Origin: a virus | Lineage: Duplodnaviria; Heunggongvirae; Uroviricota; Caudoviricetes | IMG/VR virus record: IMGVR_UViG_3300031134_000639 | DNA length: 64,000 nucleotides | Direction: 5' to 3' (one strand) | Shown here: one piece after another, positions 46,896 through 54,714 of the stretch | How the letters are laid out: the number at the start of each line of letters is the position of its first letter | How positions within the stretch are numbered: position 1 is the stretch's first letter | The notes under the pieces: model-generated | Databases searched by the model: none | Told to the model about the DNA's origin: nothing | What the model saw: the letters and a program-made list of their open reading frames with translations, nothing else | Made by a program: the position numbers and the translations under genes

Positions 46896-48311
46896 GTGTA
46901 CAAGAACTTACATGAAGGACAAAAGTTGGCTAAGAGAGCGTTTCGTTGCAGTAACTGTAATAACATCACCACAAAGTGGATGGGTATCTGCGATGAGTGT
47001 GGAGCATCCGGAACAATCGATGAGGACGCATCAGCACTAGTTACACTCAACGCTCCCAAGCCTGGTGTGGCATCAGCTGCAACCCCAGGAATTCGCGCCG
47101 CACGGGCAGCTAGCGGTAAAGCTCCTCAGCGCGTCGGAGATGTGAAAGCAGACTCCTTCAAACGTTTCAGCACAGGGTTGAAAGAGTTTGACCGTGTGCT
47201 CGGTGGAGGTCTAGTACCAGGAGGTGTTCTGCTTCTAGCAGGTGTGCCAGGTGTTGGTAAGTCAAGTATCCTTCTGTCAACAGCGAAAGCTTTAGCTGAC
47301 CAAGGCAAAAAAGTACTTATCGTCTCTGGTGAGGAAACCGAAGCTCAGATTGCTTCTCGTGCCCACAGAACAAATGCTTTATCTGAAAACCTGTATCTTC
47401 TCTCCGAGTCAAGCCTGCCAAACGCAGTTGCCCACATTTACGACATGCAACCTGATATTGTTATTGTTGACTCCATCCAGACTATGGTTTCAGAAAACAG
47501 TGAAGGACGCCATGGTAGCCCAACGCAGATGAACGAAGTGGCAAGCGAACTAACTAACCTTGCTAAGAGCATGAGCATCCCAATGCTCCTCATCGGACAC
47601 GTTACCAAAGACGGTGCCATCGCTGGTCCGAGGACAGTTGAGCACCTTGTGGACGTTGTACTCTACTTTGAGGGCACAAGCGACTCTCCTCTACGTCTTC
47701 TTCGTGGAGTTAAAAACCGTTACGGTGCGGTAGATGAAATTGGGTGTTTTGAGCACACAGAAGATGGGCTTATTGAAGTCTCTGACCCCTCAGGCTTCTT
47801 CCTCAACGAACACGATGACAACGTAGCTGGTTACGCTACTTCAATCCTTGTTGAAGGTAACCGTGCGCTCCCCATTGAAATTCAGGCTTTGGTAACAACA
47901 ACTAACCTTCCGAACCCAAGAAAAATCAGCAACGGTCTAGATCATGGGCGTGTGATGATGGTGCAGGCTATTCTTGAGAAGCACGGGCACCTACGCCTAC
48001 AGGATAAAGATGTTTATGTGTCAACCTCAGGTGGTTTGCTCACTAAGGACTCCTCCATTGACCTTGCTATTGCAGCTGCCATCATCTCCTCACACGACAG
48101 CATCGCAACTCCCGACCATTCAGTATTCCTAGGTGAGACCTCTCTTACAGGTGAGATTCGCCAGCCGAGGTCCTACAACAAGCGAGTAAACGAAGCTAAG
48201 CGACTAGGGTTCAACAATATTTTTGCTCCTTCCAAAGAAGATGCTGACAGCGTAAAAAACATTGTGGCTCTGGTCAAAGCTTTGCGTCCAAGTGTTCGTG
48301 ACCGCCGCTGA
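46896..48311 (+). CDS. radA: DNA repair protein RadA/Sms
   Basis: N-terminal C4 zinc finger CSNCNNITTKWMGICDECG, Walker A GVPGVGKSSILL, KNRYG motif VKNRYGAVDEIGCFE, C-terminal Lon-like domain. Confidence 0.9.
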   Translation: MYKNLHEGQKLAKRAFRCSNCNNITTKWMGICDECGASGTIDEDASALVTLNAPKPGVASAATPGIRAARAASGKAPQRVGDVKADSFKRFSTGLKEFDRVLGGGLVPGGVLLLAGVPGVGKSSILLSTAKALADQGKKVLIVSGEETEAQIASRAHRTNALSENLYLLSESSLPNAVAHIYDMQPDIVIVDSIQTMVSENSEGRHGSPTQMNEVASELTNLAKSMSIPMLLIGHVTKDGAIAGPRTVEHLVDVVLYFEGTSDSPLRLLRGVKNRYGAVDEIGCFEHTEDGLIEVSDPSGFFLNEHDDNVAGYATSILVEGNRALPIEIQALVTTTNLPNPRKISNGLDHGRVMMVQAILEKHGHLRLQDKDVYVSTSGGLLTKDSSIDLAIAAAIISSHDSIATPDHSVFLGETSLTGEIRQPRSYNKRVNEAKRLGFNNIFAPSKEDADSVKNIVALVKALRPSVRDRR

Positions 48312-48323
48312 TAGACATATTCT

Positions 48324-49181
48324 ATGTGTAGAACCGGTGGTAGACGTTGTCCAGCTTACAGTGACCCTCAGGCTATAGCCGACCGTAATGCAAGACGCAG
48401 AAAAGCTTATGCTGCTAAGAAAAGTGTTGTTCAGCCTCCACTGGAGATGGCCTTTCCTAGCCTAAGTGAAGTACGTAAAGTTGTTGGTTCTGAAGACCGC
48501 GAGTTGCGTGGTAAGAAGCTTGAAGAAGAACTTACTAGCTCTGAAGTAGAAGCAGTCGGGTACTACACAGAATCAGGTTACATAACTGTGCGAAATGAGT
48601 TAGTGGACTGGGAGTTAATCCAGGATTTGCAAGATAATGAAGACGTAGAAGAGCCTGATGAGGACATAAACGTTATCATAGACCATCTAGATAATGTGAT
48701 AGCTAAAGCCATCCCACCCCAAAATCCTGTGCCATTATATCGTGGAATTAATGTACCTATCTCAGTGCATTTAGACGAAGTTGATAATTGGGTTGATGCG
48801 AAATTCCCTATTGGTGGAATAATTCAGCAGGATAACTTCATGTCAACTTCATCAGCGCCGCAAACTGCGGTAGGCTTCAGTCAGCCAATAGATTCTATGT
48901 TTGGCAACTACGAAGATGAAAACGAAATGCGAGACATAATGTCTCAAGAACGCAGCATTGTTATGGAAATTTTAAGTAAAAAAGGTGCTGTTATCCTACC
49001 TTCTTTAGCTGGTGGAAGTTACGATGAGCAGGAAACCTTGCTGCCAAGAAATGCACGACTCAAAATTGTTGGTGTGCACAAGAAACAATCTTATTCATAT
49101 ATGACAAGATTCAGGCCCATCGACCCAGAAATAGCCATGGTTGTAAACCGTACTGTAATACAGGTAGTTGACGCAGACTAG
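48324..49181 (+). CDS. ADP-ribosyltransferase paralog 12 (short-leader subtype), 285 aa
   Basis: MCRTGGRRCPAYSDP; LYRGINVP; FMSTSS; EQETLLPRN; RTVIQVVDAD. Confidence 0.7.
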   Translation: MCRTGGRRCPAYSDPQAIADRNARRRKAYAAKKSVVQPPLEMAFPSLSEVRKVVGSEDRELRGKKLEEELTSSEVEAVGYYTESGYITVRNELVDWELIQDLQDNEDVEEPDEDINVIIDHLDNVIAKAIPPQNPVPLYRGINVPISVHLDEVDNWVDAKFPIGGIIQQDNFMSTSSAPQTAVGFSQPIDSMFGNYEDENEMRDIMSQERSIVMEILSKKGAVILPSLAGGSYDEQETLLPRNARLKIVGVHKKQSYSYMTRFRPIDPEIAMVVNRTVIQVVDAD

Positions 49182-49234
49182 TGAGCAGTTTCTGTGGTAT
49201 CATAAGAGTATGAGTCCATCAGGAAGAAGATACG

Positions 49235-49879
49235 TTGGATAGCGAACGACGCTTGTACACGAACAGCGAAATAGCTGCTTTCAGGGAAGAGCACCCACGA
49301 ATTTACGGTGAGCCAGCATCCTACGCTGAGAACCTTACCTCCAAAGACCTCAGTAATATGAAGGGCAACTTTGGAGAGATGGTAATAGGGAACATACTCA
49401 ACCTGATAGCCTGTGAGACAGAGGAATTCTATGTGTTCCATTCTGTTGGCCTACCACTTACCTTAGCTGGTGAGACAGACCATGTTGTTGTGTACCGTGA
49501 CAAGATAATTCTTATTGAAACCAAAGCTTTCAGTGGATACAGTAGCCTTCGCACTTCTAAGGCAGGTACGCTATGGGGAACAAAGCGTGGCTCAAATAGA
49601 GTTGTCACGATTGAAGACAACCACCTAAACCAGAAGATAAGTTTGTTTCAGCAAAGGTTTGACAACAGGAATGTCACTGGTGTACTCGCAGCTGTCCGAG
49701 ATGGAATAGATACAACCTCTGCGTCAAGTGTCTACAAGGTAGCCTCTTTAGACAACTTCTTCAGCTTCATCAAGAACGAAATAGAGACAGCTAAGCCCAT
49801 TAAAGAAAGCTCATGGCCTGCCATTAAGTTTTTCGCTATGCTCTGCATTGGTAAAAGAGAGTACCCTCAAGCAAAGTAG
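49235..49879 (+). CDS. NERD-domain (nuclease-related) protein, 214 aa
   Basis: KGNFGEMVIGNIL...ETDHVVVYRDKIILIETKAFSG matches the NERD GE...DHvvi...E.K arrangement. Confidence 0.55.
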   Translation: MDSERRLYTNSEIAAFREEHPRIYGEPASYAENLTSKDLSNMKGNFGEMVIGNILNLIACETEEFYVFHSVGLPLTLAGETDHVVVYRDKIILIETKAFSGYSSLRTSKAGTLWGTKRGSNRVVTIEDNHLNQKISLFQQRFDNRNVTGVLAAVRDGIDTTSASSVYKVASLDNFFSFIKNEIETAKPIKESSWPAIKFFAMLCIGKREYPQAK

Positions 49880-49903
49880 TCTGCCCTCACCGATATCACT
49901 AGC

Positions 49904-50710
49904 ATGATTATTAAAGGCTACCTCAACGGCGTAAGTCAAGACCTGAATTTGTCGGTTACGTCAGACAAAGATTTGTATACAGCTGAGCTTGTCATCCCAT
50001 CAAAGATAATGCCCATTCGTGGTTCCGGTGCTAACCATTTTGAGGCTCTACTCCAAATTAGAAACCAGATTGAAAGTGAAGGATGGCTTCTAGGAGTCAA
50101 CGCCTCCCGTGTTGACGCTTCAGCGCCTGACTACAGTAAAGACTTCAATGATGACCAGGTTATTATTCTCACCAGTAAAGGAGACAAACATTCAATTAAC
50201 GCTACCCAGCCTGCATCCATTGAAACGCTCTCCTCAATTCGTGGGCAGAGAGAACGCTACAACCAAGTCCGAGAACTCATCGCTGAGAATCAAAAAGTTC
50301 AATCCAAAGAAGACAAGAAAAGTCAGGTAGTTGAAACGCGAGTCAACATGCCTAGAGCAACTTGGGGTATAGCTTATGCCTTTGCGTCGTACTTCTTCAT
50401 ATCTGTACTGATTTTCCTTTTTATCCCAGTTGGCGACCCGTATCTGATTGGTATAGCTACCGTTGGAAACTTTATCTTCTGGTCATTTAGCATAGTCAAG
50501 TGTATAACTGACATAGCATATAATCTGACTAATGCATCCCAGTGGGGATTACTTCTACTGCTGATACAACCTGTTATATTCGGTTTCTTAATTGTCATAA
50601 TGGTGTCACTGAGCATCTACGACTCTGGGTTAGATATCCCTAGCCTACTTCCCACTGGGATACCAACTCCAAGTGAAACTCCTTTGCCTGCTGATGTTCA
50701 GGTACCTTAA
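49904..50710 (+). CDS. Membrane protein, 268 aa
   Basis: Soluble N-terminal half, C-terminal 4 hydrophobic helices. Confidence 0.45.
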   Translation: MIIKGYLNGVSQDLNLSVTSDKDLYTAELVIPSKIMPIRGSGANHFEALLQIRNQIESEGWLLGVNASRVDASAPDYSKDFNDDQVIILTSKGDKHSINATQPASIETLSSIRGQRERYNQVRELIAENQKVQSKEDKKSQVVETRVNMPRATWGIAYAFASYFFISVLIFLFIPVGDPYLIGIATVGNFIFWSFSIVKCITDIAYNLTNASQWGLLLLLIQPVIFGFLIVIMVSLSIYDSGLDIPSLLPTGIPTPSETPLPADVQVP

Positions 50711-50759
50711 GGCATAAAGAAACCCTCCCATAGAGTTCATGGGAGGGTTTCTTTATGCC
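50711..50759. terminator. Perfect long palindrome ggcataaagaaaccctcccat-agagttc-atgggagggtttctttatgcc
   Basis: 21-bp stems between convergent genes. Confidence 0.75.
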
Positions 50760-50764
50760 TTAAA

Positions 50765-51532
50765 TCAGACGTTACGACCGTACTTGTTGAATGCCTCGTA
50801 GACGAGCGGGGTTGTCTTAGCGAAGTGTGCTTCCATCTGGTCCGCTAGGAGAGCAATCTCGTGCTGAGGGTATGACTTAACCTGAGCGTCCTCGTGGATG
50901 GTACGAAGCGACAGGAAGTGCATTAGGTTACGCATGTTCAATGTCATGTATGTCTGAGAGAACAAGTTAACGGGAAGTACTCCACGGGCAACCTCACGGG
51001 CGATACCGGCGTTGAGCATACGCTGGTACTTTGCGTAAGCAAACTCTGAAGCCTCAACGGTTGACTCGCGTACAATCTCGTACTGCTCATCTGTACCAGG
51101 TTCAAAGGTATAGTGACCTGTCTTACCAACCTGGATTAGGTTACGCTCACGGTTGGGAACGTAGAACACAGGCTCAAGCTCTTTGTAACGTCCACTGGTC
51201 TCATTGAATGAGGAAGTACGGTGACGCATAAGCTCACGCATAACAAAGATTGGTACGTTGATGTAGAAGGTGAAGGATGAGTGCTCAAAAGGTGACATGT
51301 GGCGCTCACGAAGAAGGTAGTTAATTAGCCCCTTGTCTTTCTTAGCCTGCTCAAGAGGGTCAACCTCATCTTCATTCAAACGGTCAAGGCTACGCTCACC
51401 CTGAGTTGAAACACGAGCAGCCCAGATAACGTCACTGTCTAGAGCGTTTGTTTTCACAAGCTCAACGTCAACGTCACTCTTGAACACTGCTGGTTTGATT
51501 TCTTTTTCTGTAGTATTTGTAGTGTCTGTCAT
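50765..51532 (-). CDS. thyX: Flavin-dependent thymidylate synthase ThyX
   Basis: ThyX signature RHRTSSFNETSGRY (RHRxxSxxxxSxR) and overall similarity. Confidence 0.85.
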   Translation of the reverse strand: MTDTTNTTEKEIKPAVFKSDVDVELVKTNALDSDVIWAARVSTQGERSLDRLNEDEVDPLEQAKKDKGLINYLLRERHMSPFEHSSFTFYINVPIFVMRELMRHRTSSFNETSGRYKELEPVFYVPNRERNLIQVGKTGHYTFEPGTDEQYEIVRESTVEASEFAYAKYQRMLNAGIAREVARGVLPVNLFSQTYMTLNMRNLMHFLSLRTIHEDAQVKSYPQHEIALLADQMEAHFAKTTPLVYEAFNKYGRNV

Positions 51533-51715
51533 TATATTTTTATCCTATCACTGATCGTATTTTTGTCTCATCTTTTTAGCAAACTATCAACTGGCGAGGC
51601 TGCATCGTCCTCACCTAAAATAAAGGCCAAGAAAACTATCGTCTGGTCACATCTTGTACGCAAAAAAGTATGTGCCCTAAGCCAGATAGCTTAGGACACA
51701 TACTAGTAGTTGATT

Positions 51716-52636
51716 TTAGTCTTCTTCAGGAACGCTTTCCATGAACCTATCTAAAGCACGTTCAGCCGCGTGAGAGTAAACAACCCTGTCACAGGATGCC
51801 TGAATGTTGTTCATATGATCATTAATCCTACGAGTTGTCTCTTCTTTGTCGCTACCTTTGTTAATGTCGTACCGGTCTTCAATGTATGCAAGTTCAAACT
51901 TAGCTTTCTTAGCTTCTTCTATCCCAGACTCTCTTGAAGCATGAATTTCACTTCTGATTGCTTCAGCTTCTTCTTTCAGATTATCAGCATGCTTCAGCCT
52001 TGACTTGTACTCATCCATGGTCAGTTGATACATCTGTGTTGAAGTTGACCTCGTTGAGATAAGAGCGATTCTGGAAACCTCAAAGTGAGGTTTGGCTTCG
52101 TCAGGTCTATCCCCATAACGGCGGTATGGGTCTCCTTGGTCTTCATTTTTTCCAGAAGGCCAATACTCGTAGTATCTGTCAGCTAAAGCATCACGCAAAT
52201 CAATTCTGGCATCGTAGTCGCTACTGCTATTGGACAAAGCCACATAAGTGTCAAGTACACTATCAGGGAACTTGTAATCTAGGTTTTCGTTGCCAAGTTC
52301 GTAAGGGTCAGCATCCAACATGCCGCGTGGACTGTGCTCACCAATTCTCCAGTCCATTGTCTCTCCCATGCGGCTTACCATATCTGATGACTGCTCAAAG
52401 TTACTCATGTCACGACTTTTGCGAGCGGATCCAATGTTGCCAAATGCTTGAGTGTAATCCTGTTTGTCTTGCGCAGCTAAACGGTCTAACTCAATTTCGC
52501 GTTCGATGTCTTCAAGGTTAGAGCGTTCACGGATGTAAGTACTCATATCACCGTCTTTGTAGGCCTGATCAACAAGACCTTTCAGTTCATCACGAGACGC
52601 GAAACGTCCCTGAGAGTCATGGTATGGATTAGGCAT
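51716..52636 (-). CDS. Family-D paralog, hypothetical 306 aa
   Basis: N-terminus MPNPYHDSQGRFASRDELKGLVDQAYKDGDMSTYIRER identical over 38 aa to 52753..53640. Confidence 0.5.
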   Translation of the reverse strand: MPNPYHDSQGRFASRDELKGLVDQAYKDGDMSTYIRERSNLEDIEREIELDRLAAQDKQDYTQAFGNIGSARKSRDMSNFEQSSDMVSRMGETMDWRIGEHSPRGMLDADPYELGNENLDYKFPDSVLDTYVALSNSSSDYDARIDLRDALADRYYEYWPSGKNEDQGDPYRRYGDRPDEAKPHFEVSRIALISTRSTSTQMYQLTMDEYKSRLKHADNLKEEAEAIRSEIHASRESGIEEAKKAKFELAYIEDRYDINKGSDKEETTRRINDHMNNIQASCDRVVYSHAAERALDRFMESVPEED

Positions 52637-52696
52637 AAGTTGTCCTTTTCTGTAAAGCAGGTTGCCTTATGTCTAACGGAAAAGGAGTTAATACAA

Positions 52697-52740
52697 AAAT
52701 GGGCTTTTGCCAGTAAGTTATTACTGGCAAAAGCCCATTT
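52697..52740. terminator. Perfect hairpin aaatgggcttttgccagtaa-gttat-tactggcaaaagcccattt
   Basis: Inverted repeat between the two family-D genes. Confidence 0.65.
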
Positions 52741-52752
52741 GATAGTCTTTTA

Positions 52753-53640
52753 CTATTCTTGGGAAGACATATAACGGTCAATAGCTCGCTCAGCTGCGTG
52801 AGAGTAGATAACAGAATCATGGGCAGTTTGGATATTGCACATCTGAGAATTAATTCGTGCCTCTGTTCCTCCAGCTGGGTCATCGTTAGCTAAAGTAAAC
52901 TGGTCTTCAAGATATGCAAGCTCAAATTTGGATTTCTTTAAGGTTTCCAAATTCTCAGTTCTTGAAGCACGCACTTCTTCACGAATTGCTTCTGCCTCTG
53001 TCTCAAGATTGTCAGCATGTTTTAGACGTGCTCTATACTCGCTCATTTGGTTGGCGTAATCTACTGTTGCTTCACGGCGGGCAACTACAAGACTGTTTGG
53101 GTTTATCTCAAAGCTAGGAGAATCATCCTCGGAGAAGCCAGCCTCTACCTTATCTTTTTCAATAGGCCAATACTGCAAACTGTTGTTCATAACAGAGTTA
53201 AAATCAATTGTTCGGTCGTAGTGGCTAGTGCTGTTAGACAAAGCTACGTAAGAGTCAAGTATTTCATCAGAGAATGCATATTTCTCTTCAGAGTCACCCG
53301 CACGGTAAGGATCAGCGTCTTCCATTTCATAAGGGCTTAGCTCACCTATACTCCAGTCCATTGTTGTGCCAACGCGAGAATCAGCTTCGGAGGCCCTTTC
53401 AAAAGTACTCATGTCTCTATTTTTAGGAGTAGATGCACTTGCTTTAGAGAAAATGCCAGAAGATTCTGTAGAACCAGCCGCTAGGCGCTCTCGTTCAATC
53501 TCTCGTTCAATCTCTTCAAGATTGGCGCGCTCACGGATGTAAGTGCTCATATCACCGTCTTTGTAGGCCTGATCAACAAGACCTTTCAGTTCGTCACGAG
53601 ACGCAAAACGTCCCTGAGAGTCATGGTATGGATTAGGCAT
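52753..53640 (-). CDS. Family-D paralog, hypothetical 295 aa
   Basis: See 51716..52636. Confidence 0.5.
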   Translation of the reverse strand: MPNPYHDSQGRFASRDELKGLVDQAYKDGDMSTYIRERANLEEIEREIERERLAAGSTESSGIFSKASASTPKNRDMSTFERASEADSRVGTTMDWSIGELSPYEMEDADPYRAGDSEEKYAFSDEILDSYVALSNSTSHYDRTIDFNSVMNNSLQYWPIEKDKVEAGFSEDDSPSFEINPNSLVVARREATVDYANQMSEYRARLKHADNLETEAEAIREEVRASRTENLETLKKSKFELAYLEDQFTLANDDPAGGTEARINSQMCNIQTAHDSVIYSHAAERAIDRYMSSQE

Positions 53641-53687
53641 AAGTTGTCCTTTTCTTGAAGGTAAGTTAGTTTATGTCTAACGGAGAA

Positions 53688-53915
53688 TCAGTTGATGCTT
53701 CGGATGATGATAACGTCAGTGATAGGTCCAAATGTGGGTCGGTCATGGTCCCAATTTTTGACTTCATCATAATCATATAGAGGCTGGTTGTCTTCAGTGT
53801 AACCAGCTGGCTGCGGAAAACCAGGCTGTTTGATGTTGAAGAATGTTCCGTTGAAACCCCAGTTGGTTTTGAAACCAATCTCCTCAATCGTATAAAGTTT
53901 CGGTGTAGTACTCAT
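53688..53915 (-). CDS. Small hypothetical protein ~75 aa
   Basis: Internal Met chosen as start; weak RBS. Confidence 0.3.
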   Translation of the reverse strand: MSTTPKLYTIEEIGFKTNWGFNGTFFNIKQPGFPQPAGYTEDNQPLYDYDEVKNWDHDRPTFGPITDVIIIRSIN

Positions 53916-54051
53916 ATTGCTTTCTTGTAGGGTTGAAGTAATAACTATACTACAGATATCGGAAAGACATAGAACAGTTGGTAAGGCAAAGCCAAGCTGC
54001 ACAGCAACTTCGCAGCTGGCATAACGAACACCACCGCCGATATCAAATTCT

Positions 54052-54621
54052 ATGACTGAATACACTAACTTTGACCAGATAATGCGCGATGAGAACCTTG
54101 ACGATGCTGCACGTATCGCATACACCAACGAATGGCTCCAAGGGCGCTATGGGTTGGAGATTCCCACACCTCTGGTTGCAGAGTTGACACGTGTTCACGA
54201 CCATGACAACCTAGCCAAACACTTTGGTCAGCTTAAGCTTGCTACAGCTTTCCAGAACGCCTGGTTGCAGGTAGAAAAAACATCACCAGGCACATGGTCA
54301 TTAACTTACAGTTACGCTGGCCCCGAAGCTCAGCCGTCAATTCTTCCACACAAGAATGACAAGAAGCAGGACCAAAGCAACACAGAGAAAATTCAGAAAC
54401 TCATCAACGCAATTGGAGTCATTGAATCCCAGAACACAACTGTATCCCAGCAGGTAACAATGGAGCAGAAGATTCTTCAGAGTATTGACTCCCAGATAAC
54501 TAACCCTGTGCTTGATGAGCCAGATGAGCAGGAGCAGTTCTCCACTCACAGGATGCCTTTAGCTACATACCTTGGTGACCCTAGTGCTCCGTCAATTCCT
54601 GTACCCGATTTCAAAGCTTAA
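54052..54621 (+). CDS. Hypothetical protein 189 aa
   Basis: ORF only. Confidence 0.4.
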   Translation: MTEYTNFDQIMRDENLDDAARIAYTNEWLQGRYGLEIPTPLVAELTRVHDHDNLAKHFGQLKLATAFQNAWLQVEKTSPGTWSLTYSYAGPEAQPSILPHKNDKKQDQSNTEKIQKLINAIGVIESQNTTVSQQVTMEQKILQSIDSQITNPVLDEPDEQEQFSTHRMPLATYLGDPSAPSIPVPDFKA

Positions 54622-54714
54622 ACCTGCTGAAATACAAAATATCTTAGCCCAAAAGTTGCATTAAAAGGGAAAGCATGGTAGAATTGTCTTACACGAGAAC
54701 GAAGGACAAACACT

